From an uncultured Gammaproteobacteria bacterium (lineage in GTDB: Bacteria; Pseudomonadota; Gammaproteobacteria; Pseudomonadales; Pseudohongiellaceae): DNA of 64,000 bases. The position numbers and the translations under genes were made by a program. A model generated the notes under the pieces. The model was not told the DNA's origin, did not search any database, and was given only the letters and a program-made list of their open reading frames with translations. How positions within the stretch are numbered: the stretch's first letter is position 1; each line of letters opens with the position of its first letter. The stretch covers positions 3,447-67,446 of the forward strand of contig CAXBOY010000005.1 in NCBI GenBank assembly GCA_963977405.1. Direction: 5' to 3'. Positions 12,204 to 21,758 of this stretch are shown in pieces.

Positions 12204-13814
12204 ATGCATATTGCAATGATTGCCGCAGAGAACGGGGCGTTAGTGGGCGGCAAGGTAGGGGGGATTGGCGACGTCATTCGAGACGTCCCGATAGCCTTAG
12301 CGCAGTTGGGCCATCAGGTATCGGTTATTACCCCAGGCTACCAGTCTTTAGCAAAACGCAACGCCTCGGCTTTGCTAGGCACTATCGAGGCCTCCTTCTG
12401 TGGACACACCGAAACGGTGGCTCTTTTCCGTGTCGAGCAAGCCGCAGAGGCAAAGGGGAAGGGCACCCGTAAAAAGAGTCAGGGCTCGGTAAGCCATTAC
12501 ATTCTCGAGCACCCCTTGTTTGCGTCCTGTGGCGAGGGCGCGATTTACTGCAATGATCAATATGGCCCCTTTGCGACCGATGCTCATAAATTCGCACTAT
12601 TCTGTTTAGCCGTCTGTCAGGGCCTAATAGAGACTCGATTCGAAAAAGTGGACGTACTCCACCTCCACGATTGGCACGCCTCGCTCGTGGCCTTATTGCG
12701 ACGATACATGCCTGCCTACCGCGCCTTACGCGAGCTGCCCACTGTCTATACGATTCACAATCTTTCTCTACAGGGCGTAAGACCACTATCCGGGCACGAA
12801 TCGTCTTTGCACCACTGGTATCCCAATCTCGCACCAGACCTCACTCTGATTCAAGATCCAGTACATTGGGATTGCGTTAATCTCATGCGTACAGGCATTA
12901 ATCTTTCCGATCGAGTTCATGCGGTTTCGCCGAATTATGCGCAAGAGATCTTGATTCCTACTGATCACACCCACGGTTTCGTGGGGGGGGAAGGGCTGGA
13001 GAAAGATCTGCAGCGTCTAGATGATCTGGGGAGCTTGCATGGCATCCTCAATGGTTGTGATTACAAGGTGGCGCCTGCACCGCACCGCTCCCGCGCGCAA
13101 TTGTTTGATCTTATCGAACAGTCCTTGATGGCATGGGTAGGTGATAGACACTATGTGCCCGCTGCGCATTTTCATGCACAGCTTCGCGTAGCGCAGTGGC
13201 GCCGGCGGCGTAAGCCCGTAGGCACGACTCTTAGCTCGGTAGGTCGGGTTACGGGCCAGAAGGCGCGACTGCTGATGGAGCTAGTGAGTGATGGGAAGGG
13301 CGGGGAGATCAATGCCTTGGATAAGTTACTCACCGATCTCAAAGATGGCGTGTTCATTATGATCGGCAGTGGCGAGGAGTATTACGAGCAATTCTTCACC
13401 TCCGCGATGGCTCGCCACGATAATTTCCTGTTCCTACAGGGTTTCTCGGAGGAGTTGGCAGATGCGCTGTATGCCGCCGGCGACCTATTCCTAATGCCAA
13501 GCAGCTTCGAGCCCTGTGGAATCAGTCAGATGCTCGCGATGAGGGCAGGCACTCCCTGTATCGTGCATCAGGTAGGAGGGCTAAAGGATACTGTTGAAAG
13601 CGGCGTAAATGGCTTTTCGTTCCGGGGAGATACTCCCAGCGAACAGGCACAGAACATGCTCGAAACTGTTGCAACGGCCTGTGGGATTACCGCGAAACCC
13701 GCTGTATGGTTAAACCTACGTCGAAACGCCTCGAATGCGCGCTTTAGCTGGGAGGATGCCGTGCAGCAATATCAAGATTTGCTCTACACCCCTTTGCTCA
13801 AACGAAAATCCTAG
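12204..13814 (+). CDS. glgA: glycogen synthase (GT5, long form)
   Basis: 536 aa with the N-terminal AAENGALVGGKVGGIGDV (K-x-G-G) motif and C-terminal PSSFEPCGISQM. Last gene of the co-directional array. Confidence 0.9.
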   Translation: MHIAMIAAENGALVGGKVGGIGDVIRDVPIALAQLGHQVSVITPGYQSLAKRNASALLGTIEASFCGHTETVALFRVEQAAEAKGKGTRKKSQGSVSHYILEHPLFASCGEGAIYCNDQYGPFATDAHKFALFCLAVCQGLIETRFEKVDVLHLHDWHASLVALLRRYMPAYRALRELPTVYTIHNLSLQGVRPLSGHESSLHHWYPNLAPDLTLIQDPVHWDCVNLMRTGINLSDRVHAVSPNYAQEILIPTDHTHGFVGGEGLEKDLQRLDDLGSLHGILNGCDYKVAPAPHRSRAQLFDLIEQSLMAWVGDRHYVPAAHFHAQLRVAQWRRRRKPVGTTLSSVGRVTGQKARLLMELVSDGKGGEINALDKLLTDLKDGVFIMIGSGEEYYEQFFTSAMARHDNFLFLQGFSEELADALYAAGDLFLMPSSFEPCGISQMLAMRAGTPCIVHQVGGLKDTVESGVNGFSFRGDTPSEQAQNMLETVATACGITAKPAVWLNLRRNASNARFSWEDAVQQYQDLLYTPLLKRKS

Positions 13815-13887
13815 CAGCGATACCTGCACACCCGATGGAGCTTTTAGCCTCTTGCGGGTGTGTAGAGTTTCATTGTGTTGAGGCGTT

Positions 13888-15312
13888 CTAGTTACGGCTC
13901 GTCGGCTTAGCAAAACGGTCGTTGAGCTTCTGCACCAATTCCCCCGTGCCTGCAATGACTGTATCTAGCTTACGACGGCTACGTGCAGTCCAACCTAATG
14001 GCCTAGAAGGAATGAATGACGACCACCAAGAGTTTAAGTTCGCTTCAAAGGCGGTAATCACTTGTTTGTCGTCCTTGCTGTTGCTGTGACGTTGCAGTCT
14101 ACGCAGAACAGACTGCCCCGCTAGGGCGCGGAGTGTGGAGTTGAGATAGAGCAGCAGTGCAATGCCAGCGGATGCCACTGCGACTTGTACAGGGATAGCG
14201 AGGTCTGAGAATGGGGTGAAATACAGCCCGTGCCAGGCCTCGGCGCGAATGCTGTAGAACAGAAATGCAGCTAGGCCGCTGAGGAACACGATGCCATTCA
14301 ACCACAGTGAGCGGGTGGACCAGGTCTGTCTTGCGTCAATTAGCCTAGGGACTAATGTGTCGCGGAGGTGTTTGGCGTTGCTCTCTAAGGCTCCGATGAT
14401 GCGATAGGCACGCTCCACGTCAAGTTGGTCGATGCGTGCCTTGATGTCGTTGAGGTCTTCGTCGCGCTTTGTTTGGAAGCGCTCTCTTATTAGGTCGTCT
14501 GCAATCGGCTGCGCCGCGGCCTCTGAATAGATGCGATAGAAACGCCCGGCAGTAAGCCCGGACTGTGCTAAGGCGCGTTGCCATGCTGCTACAACCTCTT
14601 CGGGGTTATCCTCACGGGCCGTATTGTCCATTTGATTGAGGATATAGAGAAATTTGGCACTGTCCGCTCGCTGTGCGGTGTTGACCACTAGATGTTTTAG
14701 CGTGTCGGCCATAGCACCGGGCTCAGGATGACGTGCATCGAAGAAAACTAGCACTAGGTCCGACAAGTCGATGATGTGATCGGTGATCAACAGGGTAGAG
14801 CTGCGCTGCTGGTCGGCGTCAAAGCCCGGGGAATCGATAAAAATCTTCCCCTGCAGAACTGGGGAGTTGGTGGTTCGCAGCTGCAAATAGGCATCCACGC
14901 GCTTGCCTTCACCTTCGGCAACTCCGTCGATGTCGCGGCTGATCTGATAAAAAGGAAAACGTGGGTCTTTGTCTAGCGCGAGGCCCGGCAGCTGATGTGC
15001 CTCGCTGCCTGCGCCATAGGCTATAACCGTAAATTTGTCGTCAACAGCCTGATTTCCGGTGCGTTGTAAGGGCTGGCCAAGGTACTCATTTAAGAAGGTG
15101 GATTTGCCCGCGGAGTAGGTGCCCAGGACTGCCACTACCGGCCACCAAGAGATCTGTGTGGCGTAGGAGTCATCGCGGCCCATAAAGCCGAGTTTGCGGG
15201 CTACCTGGTCCAGTTCCTGAAAGCGTGTTACCACCTCTGCGAGGGCTGGGTTCTCTATCTCTAGATGGTCTTTCAAGCGCTTGATACGCTCTTCTGTCGC
15301 GGTTTTAGCCAC
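13888..15312 (-). CDS. dynamin-family GTPase with C-terminal transmembrane hairpin
   Basis: 474 aa. G1 P-loop GTYSAGKST, G3 DSPG and G4-like NQMD are spaced as in the Dynamin_N domain. Two hydrophobic segments (LWLNGIVFLSGLAAFLFYSI and IPVQVAVASAGIALLLYLNS) lie near the C-terminus. Appears monocistronic. Confidence 0.72.
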   Translation of the reverse strand: MAKTATEERIKRLKDHLEIENPALAEVVTRFQELDQVARKLGFMGRDDSYATQISWWPVVAVLGTYSAGKSTFLNEYLGQPLQRTGNQAVDDKFTVIAYGAGSEAHQLPGLALDKDPRFPFYQISRDIDGVAEGEGKRVDAYLQLRTTNSPVLQGKIFIDSPGFDADQQRSSTLLITDHIIDLSDLVLVFFDARHPEPGAMADTLKHLVVNTAQRADSAKFLYILNQMDNTAREDNPEEVVAAWQRALAQSGLTAGRFYRIYSEAAAQPIADDLIRERFQTKRDEDLNDIKARIDQLDVERAYRIIGALESNAKHLRDTLVPRLIDARQTWSTRSLWLNGIVFLSGLAAFLFYSIRAEAWHGLYFTPFSDLAIPVQVAVASAGIALLLYLNSTLRALAGQSVLRRLQRHSNSKDDKQVITAFEANLNSWWSSFIPSRPLGWTARSRRKLDTVIAGTGELVQKLNDRFAKPTSRN

Positions 15313-15519
15313 AATACTTCCTAGGGCGAATTGAATAGAACTTTAAGCTTCCCATTTTAGAGGCCAATTTGTCTAGAGAAGCACTAGAACTTAAGCCCTA
15401 GCGGCAGAATCATTGTTGAAACTTTCTTTACAGAGCGCTGTTAAGGGCTAGAATCTAAGGCGCGGAAAAGCGTAGGGGCCAAAAGGGTTCGCGCAAGATC
15501 GGTCTCAAGAGTTCGAATT

Positions 15520-16401
15520 ATGAAGCAGTCTCTACAACGCTTAATCCCAATAATCTTTGTATTCGTTTGGAGCACAGGTTTCATCGTTGCCCGCTATGGC
15601 ATGCCGTATTCGGAACCGATGACCTTTTTGTTCCTTCGTTTTACCGGTGTGTTACTGGTCATGGTGCCGGTTGCGTTATTGGCACGTGTAACTTGGCCAT
15701 CTAGGCAACAATGTGTGCATATCGCCATTGCTGGGGTGATGTTGCAGGCTGGCTACCTGGGCGGCGTGTGGGCGGCGGTCAAACTAGGGATGTCCGCGAG
15801 CCTGGTGGCCTTAATCATGGGGTTGCAGCCAATATTCACCGCGTGGCTCTCGGCACTGGTGGCGGAGCGGGTAAGCACGCGACAATGGCTCGGTTTGATG
15901 GCTGGCCTGACCGGTGTTGGTATGGTCGTCATGGCAAAGTTCTCGCTTGTCGGACTTAGCCTGCTGAGCCTAGGTTTATCTGTCTTGGCCCTAGCTAGCA
16001 TCACCTTCGGAACCTTGTACCAGAAACGCTTCTGCCCGAGTTTCGATCTTCGCGTAGGCTCCACCATTCAATTCGCGGCCTCTGCATTGGTGTGTCTACC
16101 CATTATGTTTGCGTTCGAGACCCGGCAGATCGAATGGGTGCTCCCAATGGTAGCTTCTTTGCTCTGGTCGATCTTCGCTCTCTCTATCGGGGCAATTTCC
16201 CTACTCTTCATCATGATACGCGACGGTGCTGCGACGAAAGTGACAAGCCTGTTATACATGACGCCACCTACTACAGCAGCGATGGCCTGGCTGCTGTTCG
16301 ACGAACCTATAACCCCGTTGATTGTTGCGGGCACCGCGGTAACTGTGCTGGCACTGCTGTTGGTCATCAAAAGCCCCGACAAAGATCCACGGGCGGCATA
16401 A
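15520..16401 (+). CDS. DMT superfamily (EamA-like) transporter
   Basis: 293 aa, about 10 hydrophobic helices, two-repeat EamA-like organisation. Confidence 0.78.
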   Translation: MKQSLQRLIPIIFVFVWSTGFIVARYGMPYSEPMTFLFLRFTGVLLVMVPVALLARVTWPSRQQCVHIAIAGVMLQAGYLGGVWAAVKLGMSASLVALIMGLQPIFTAWLSALVAERVSTRQWLGLMAGLTGVGMVVMAKFSLVGLSLLSLGLSVLALASITFGTLYQKRFCPSFDLRVGSTIQFAASALVCLPIMFAFETRQIEWVLPMVASLLWSIFALSIGAISLLFIMIRDGAATKVTSLLYMTPPTTAAMAWLLFDEPITPLIVAGTAVTVLALLLVIKSPDKDPRAA

Positions 16402-16497
16402 GGCTTTGTGGCGTTTTCACGTGCAAAACGCTATATACTCCAGTGTAGGCGGTGTCCTTTTTAGTTTGACGCCGTAAAGAATTCCAGTGAGGTTTAT

Positions 16498-19377
16498 ATG
16501 TTCCGTTCGATTTGCGTTGTTGCGATGACAGTACTTCTTTTTGCTTGTTCTGAACCGACCCCTCTAGAGATACAAGAGAACAGCGCGGCAATGGCCGAGC
16601 CAGAAGGCAACTATGAGTTGCTCGAGACTATAGCCCGCGGTGGCGATGAGATCGTCATCCCTTACAAGAAATACGAGTTTCCTAATGGCTTAAAGGTGCT
16701 TCTACACGAGGATAATTCTGACCCCCTCGTTCATGTGAATATCACCTATCATGTGGGCTCTGCGCGAGAAGAGCCGCAGCGCTCGGGTTTCGCACATTTC
16801 TTCGAGCACATGATGTTTCAAGGCTCGGCACACGTCGGCGACGAGGAGCACTTTCGCATCGTGACAGAGTCCGGCGGTAACTTGAACGGCTCCACTAGTT
16901 TAGATCGCACCAATTACTACCAGACAGTGCCTGCGAATCAGCTCGAAACTACCCTTTGGCTAGAGGCGGACCGTATGGGCTTCCTGTTGGAGGCGGTGAC
17001 CCAAGAGAAGTTCGAAATTCAACGCTCTACAGTGAAAAACGAGCGCGGCCAGAACGTAGAGAATCGGCCCTATGGCCGCGTATATGAGATGTTGTTAGCC
17101 GCACTGTATCCTAGCGGGCACCCCTATTCATGGCCAACGATCGGCTATCCAGAAGACCTTGACGCTGCCACGCTGGATGACCTGAAGAATTTCTTTCTGC
17201 GCTGGTATGGCCCTAACAATGCCACGCTCATTATTGCAGGAGATATCGACGAGGCAAACGCATTAGCAATGGTCGATAAGTATTTCGGCTCTATTCCCAG
17301 AGGGCCAGAAGTTGAGCGCGCGAGCCCGCAGACTATTACGTTAGATAGCGACCGCTATATCTCTTATGTGGATCCGAATATTCGCTTTCCGCTGTTGGAG
17401 GTGACTTATCCTACTGTGCCATTCTCCGAGGCTGACCGTGTGCCGTTAGAGGCATTAGCCAGCATCATAGGGGGTGGCAAAAACTCTCCATTCTATCAGC
17501 GCTTTGTACTTAGCAATCGTGCGATTGACGCCAGCGCTTCGAATCAAGCATTCGAGTTAGGCGGTTTTTTCTCTTTAGAGGTGCAAGCGTTTCCTGAAGC
17601 CGATTTGGCAGAGTTCGTGACCGAGATCCGCGAGATTTTAGCCAACTTTGGTATCGATGATATCGATGATGACGATCTCGCTACCTTCAAGGGGCAGAGC
17701 GAATCGCGGCTCGTGAACGGTCTTGCGAGCGTGCAGGGCAAGGCGTCACGCCTCGCTCTTTACGATTACCTCATCGACAACCCAAATTATATTGCAACAG
17801 AATTAGAGCTATTAAGAACGCTGAGCAAGGAAGATATAGTGCGCGTGTTTAATAAATACGTTGCCGGTCAGCCCGCTGTCATTCTTAGTGTGCTCACACA
17901 AGACAATCCCGATGCGCCAGTGCAGCCTGATAATTTTGCGCCTAGCCCAGCGATTCGCGTTACGGATAATTCACAGGATGATTTTGAGCCGCGTCCTGTA
18001 TCCGATAATTTTGACCGCAGCATGCAGCCCCAACCTGGGCAAGCGCCGCTGATGCAAGTACCACCGTATTGGCGAACTCATATGGAAAATGGTGCGCAAA
18101 TTATCGGAACGGTGAGTCGTGAGATTCCTACCGTAACATTACGACTAGAGTTTACTGGTGGTCTGCTTGCCCAGAGTTCTGAGCAATATGGTATTGCCGC
18201 ATTAACTGCTGCGATGATGGAGGAGGGTACTGAGCAATTGAGTGCCGAAGCCTTCGAGATGGAGTTGCAAAAGTTAGGGGCTAGCGTCAACGTTAGTGCA
18301 GGCCAGTCTAGTATGGTGATCAGCATGAACACTCTGAGCCGTAACCTCGCCCCAGCGCTAGATCTTTTGGAACAACGGGTCCTGCATTCGGCATTCACGC
18401 AAGAGAATCTTGAGCGCCTGCGTAATCAACAAATTGAGGAGCTGCAAGCCTCTAAGGAGCGTCCTTCTAGCATAGCCAATGAAGTATTTGATCGCTTGCT
18501 ATATGGGCCGGAACATAGTTTTTCCGTACCTTTTAACGGACGGATCGAGACGCTAGAGGCAATTAGTTTAGAGGATGTAGAGAATTTCGCACGCGCTAGC
18601 TTCGCGACTCCTAATCTCGAGGTCGTGGTAGTGGGAGATGTCGAGGAGCAAGAAATTCTTGCAGAGCTAACATTTCTAGACGAGTTGCCACTGACCTCTA
18701 TTCCACTGCGCGAGCAGCCGGCTATTCCCGAGATCGAAGGTAATACCTTATACCTCGTAGACAAACCGAATATTGCGCAAGCCGAGATTCGCATTGGCTA
18801 CATGACGGACATGACTTATGACGCAACCGGGGAATATTACAAGACGACCCTGATGAACTATGTTTTAGGCGGCGCGTTTAACAGCCGGATCAACCTGAAT
18901 CTTCGTGAAGACAAAGGCTATACCTATGGCGCCCGTAGTAACTTTTCGAGCTCAGAGTTCCCTGGCCCATTCACAGCGTCGGCTAGCGTACGCATGGATA
19001 GCACTGCGGACTCCGTCGTACAGTTCGTTAGTGAGATACGCGACTATGTACAGGCCGGTATTACGGAGCAGGAGCTAGAGTTTACCCGCTCGGCAGTTGG
19101 GCAAAGCGATGCGCTGCGCTACGAAACACCGGGGCAAAAGGCGGGTTTCCTCGGTCGAATCGTCCAATACAATTTGCCAGAAGACTATGTTGATGTGCAG
19201 CGGGAAATCATCAATAGCATTAGTAAGAACGAGATCGACGCATTAGCACTTGAGAAGCTTCCCCTTGATAATATGTTGATACTAGTGGTGGGCGATAAGA
19301 GTGTTATTGAAGAGTCTATTGAGGCACTAGGCTACCCAATTGTCGAACTAGACAGCAGTGGCGCGGTGATTGATTGA
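16498..19377 (+). CDS. M16 family (insulinase/pitrilysin-like) zinc metallopeptidase, double-length, probable lipoprotein
   Basis: 959 aa. Signal peptide ends in a lipobox-like LLFAC. Inverted zinc motif HFFEHMMFQG (HxxEH) followed by ERGQNVENRP. Contains two M16 halves. Confidence 0.85.
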   Translation: MFRSICVVAMTVLLFACSEPTPLEIQENSAAMAEPEGNYELLETIARGGDEIVIPYKKYEFPNGLKVLLHEDNSDPLVHVNITYHVGSAREEPQRSGFAHFFEHMMFQGSAHVGDEEHFRIVTESGGNLNGSTSLDRTNYYQTVPANQLETTLWLEADRMGFLLEAVTQEKFEIQRSTVKNERGQNVENRPYGRVYEMLLAALYPSGHPYSWPTIGYPEDLDAATLDDLKNFFLRWYGPNNATLIIAGDIDEANALAMVDKYFGSIPRGPEVERASPQTITLDSDRYISYVDPNIRFPLLEVTYPTVPFSEADRVPLEALASIIGGGKNSPFYQRFVLSNRAIDASASNQAFELGGFFSLEVQAFPEADLAEFVTEIREILANFGIDDIDDDDLATFKGQSESRLVNGLASVQGKASRLALYDYLIDNPNYIATELELLRTLSKEDIVRVFNKYVAGQPAVILSVLTQDNPDAPVQPDNFAPSPAIRVTDNSQDDFEPRPVSDNFDRSMQPQPGQAPLMQVPPYWRTHMENGAQIIGTVSREIPTVTLRLEFTGGLLAQSSEQYGIAALTAAMMEEGTEQLSAEAFEMELQKLGASVNVSAGQSSMVISMNTLSRNLAPALDLLEQRVLHSAFTQENLERLRNQQIEELQASKERPSSIANEVFDRLLYGPEHSFSVPFNGRIETLEAISLEDVENFARASFATPNLEVVVVGDVEEQEILAELTFLDELPLTSIPLREQPAIPEIEGNTLYLVDKPNIAQAEIRIGYMTDMTYDATGEYYKTTLMNYVLGGAFNSRINLNLREDKGYTYGARSNFSSSEFPGPFTASASVRMDSTADSVVQFVSEIRDYVQAGITEQELEFTRSAVGQSDALRYETPGQKAGFLGRIVQYNLPEDYVDVQREIINSISKNEIDALALEKLPLDNMLILVVGDKSVIEESIEALGYPIVELDSSGAVID

Positions 19378-19415
19378 GTAGAAGCAGTCCACCCCGGCGC
19401 CGCACTCCAGTGTCA

Positions 19416-20210
19416 ATGGACAGTGACCGCAATTTCGATGACCTAGCGCCGCGCTTTGCCAATAATGTCTATGGCGGTTTGAAGGGCGCGCTGCGCTTGG
19501 CTGTTTTGCAGCGCGATTTTGCGCAATTTCTACCGCAAGCTCTAGTTGCCGACGGTACGCCTGCTTTACGCATACTCGATGCGGGGGGTGGGCAAGGGCA
19601 GTTCGGCTTGCAACTAGCGGCCCAAGGTCATGCTCTGGTGTTGTGCGATATTTCAGCGCAAATGTTAGAGCTGGCCCGCGCCAATGCCCTCGACAAAGGC
19701 TTGAGCAATATCGATATAAGGCAGTGCTCGATTCAAGACATGAGCGCGCTGCAGCTCTCTGGCGAAGACGAGCCTTACGATCTAGTCTTGTGCCATGCCG
19801 TATTGGAATGGGTGGTGGATCAACAGGGCCTGATTGATGCCTTATTGCCGTTAGTTAGAGTCGGCGGCATACTCTCCTTAACCTTCTATAATCGTCATGG
19901 TCTGATCATGAAGAATCTACTAAGAGGGACGCGGCCAGCTATACTCGATGCGGCGTATAAGCCTAACCCTGGTAGCCTTACTCCCACACGACCACTTGAC
20001 CCGGTGCAAGTGCTGCAATGCTTCGAAAAGGACCAGTGGGGAATACTTTGCCACAGCGGCATTCGAGTCATTCACGATTTCCTACTAAGCCCTGAGAGCA
20101 GGACGATGCCAGAGGACACACTCATGCGTCTTGAGCTCGAGTTATCTCGTCAGGAACCCTATCGAAGTCTCGGACGCTATCAACACCTGCTAGTGCAACG
20201 ACTTTGTTGA
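19416..20210 (+). CDS. cmoM: tRNA uridine 5-oxyacetic acid(34) methyltransferase CmoM / SmtA-like SAM methyltransferase
   Basis: MDSDRNFDDLAPRFANNVYGGLKG, LDAGGGQG, LCDISAQML, LCHAVLEWV and RQEPYRSLGRYQHL track E. coli CmoM (YecP) as I remember it. ATG 19416 is preferred to the TTG at 19374, which overlaps the peptidase stop. Confidence 0.78.
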   Translation: MDSDRNFDDLAPRFANNVYGGLKGALRLAVLQRDFAQFLPQALVADGTPALRILDAGGGQGQFGLQLAAQGHALVLCDISAQMLELARANALDKGLSNIDIRQCSIQDMSALQLSGEDEPYDLVLCHAVLEWVVDQQGLIDALLPLVRVGGILSLTFYNRHGLIMKNLLRGTRPAILDAAYKPNPGSLTPTRPLDPVQVLQCFEKDQWGILCHSGIRVIHDFLLSPESRTMPEDTLMRLELELSRQEPYRSLGRYQHLLVQRLC

Positions 20211-20298
20211 TAGGCCTAAACAGAGTAGAATCGCGTTCTTTTAAATTTAACGGCAACTCGCAACTAGGCGGGCTGTTTATCCACCCCCTAGCGGTTCG

Positions 20299-21495
20299 AT
20301 GGAGCTCATGAAATCACTTCACTTAAATAAGGGGCGAGAGTCTTCTCTGCTGCGCCTACATCCTTGGGTATTCTCCGGTGCAGTCAACAGGGTAAGCGCG
20401 GAACCCGAGATCGGTGAGACAGTGAAAATTCTCACCGCTTCGGGTCAGCAGATCGCGGTTGCTGCCTATTCGCCAAGTTCTCAGATCAGAGCAAGGGTAT
20501 GGAGCTTTAAACAAGACGAGGTTGTGGACGAGGGCTTTTTCAGGCGTCGTCTAGCGGCGGCGATCAAGCGTCGAGAGGCCTTGCTAAATGATCCGCGCCG
20601 TACCGGTTGTCGTATTGTGTACGCTGAATCCGACGAGTTGCCAGGGTTGATTGTGGACCGTTATGGAGATTTTCTCGTCTGTCAGTTCCTCTTCGCAGGC
20701 GTCGAGTTCTGGAAAGAGACTATCGTTACCCAATTGCGTGAGCTTTTCCCATGTAAAGGTATCTATGAGCGCTCCGAAGCCGCAGTGCGTGCGCGCGAAG
20801 GGCTAGAGCCTACCCAAGGTGTGCTTTGGGGCGAGGAACCGCCAGAGATCGTGGAGATCAACGAGCGTGATCGTCTTTACGGCGTTAGCATCGCCCATGG
20901 CCATAAGACAGGTTTCTATCTGGATCAGTACGACAACCGAGAGTTAGTGCGCTCTTTAAGCAAGGGCAGGCGAGTGTTGAATTGTTTCGCCTATACCGGA
21001 GGCTTCGGCGTCGCAGCCCTGCAGGGTGGGGCAAGCCAGGTGCTCAATGTCGATTCCTCAGGACCTTCCTTGGCGCTCGCTGCAGAGAATTTCCTGCGTA
21101 ATGGCTTTACGCAGGAGCAGTTCAGCAACCGTGAAGCGAATGTCTTCGAATTACTGCGTGAGTTTAAACAAGGTAAGGAGATGTTCGACTTAATCGTGCT
21201 CGACCCCCCCAAATTTGCGGAAACGAAGGCGCAGTTCAAGCGCGCGGCAAGGGCGTATAAAGATATTGCGATGCAGGCGGCTGCACTATTGAGCCCAGGT
21301 GGCTTGTTGGTGAACTTCTCTTGCTCGGGGGCAATTGACTTGCCACTGTTCCAAAAGATTACCGCTGATGGGGTATTGGACGCGGGGCGCCATGGGCAGA
21401 TCATCCACTATATGCACCAAGCCCAAGACCACCCGGTTGGATTGCCGTTCCCAGAGAGCCTCTATTTGAAGGGTTTGGTCTGTATGTTGGACTAA
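20299..21495 (+). CDS. rlmI: 23S rRNA m5C1962 methyltransferase
   Basis: 398 aa. LNKGRESSLLRLHPWVFSGAV, SQIRARVWSF, HGHKTGFYLDQ, VLNCFAYTGGF, DPPKF and YLKGLVC are collinear with E. coli RlmI. Confidence 0.9.
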   Translation: MELMKSLHLNKGRESSLLRLHPWVFSGAVNRVSAEPEIGETVKILTASGQQIAVAAYSPSSQIRARVWSFKQDEVVDEGFFRRRLAAAIKRREALLNDPRRTGCRIVYAESDELPGLIVDRYGDFLVCQFLFAGVEFWKETIVTQLRELFPCKGIYERSEAAVRAREGLEPTQGVLWGEEPPEIVEINERDRLYGVSIAHGHKTGFYLDQYDNRELVRSLSKGRRVLNCFAYTGGFGVAALQGGASQVLNVDSSGPSLALAAENFLRNGFTQEQFSNREANVFELLREFKQGKEMFDLIVLDPPKFAETKAQFKRAARAYKDIAMQAAALLSPGGLLVNFSCSGAIDLPLFQKITADGVLDAGRHGQIIHYMHQAQDHPVGLPFPESLYLKGLVCMLD

Positions 21496-21758
21496 ATCGC
21501 GTTATAATTAGCGGGTTTTGGAATCGCGTTGCCTGAGTAGATGGCCCGAATCCTGCTTATGTACCTATTAGGCCTAGGGTCAGGGCTAGAGGATGGTTTA
21601 GCTAAGCAAAATGCCTCATTTTGAGGCAGTCGATGCTTTTCTTACGTGTTCGTTAAGGTAGGTGTTAGGCCCTTTGTAATATTTATTTAATCTGTAGCAC
21701 TGCAATTGGTGCTGTGATGAAGTCGATCGTAGAGCGTTGTTCTGCGACTGGAGACCCG

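Noticed and set aside
12382-12834. 150-aa antisense ORF inside glgA, and the many other 60-150-aa antisense ORFs inside long genes
   Set aside because: They are Arg/Pro/Ser-rich translations typical of the antisense strand of moderately GC-rich genes. All are fully contained in well-supported CDS.
13826-13863. Hairpin CACACCCG-20 nt-CGGGTGTG as terminator of the glycogen array
   Set aside because: The loop is large and neither side has a clear U-tract, so the evidence is too weak to call a terminator.
21521-21532. 12-mer GGAATCGCGTTG shared between the rlmI downstream region and the thrH start region (31597-31608)
   Set aside because: Exact 12-mer matches between two places in a 64-kb window are expected many times by chance, and the flanks are unrelated.
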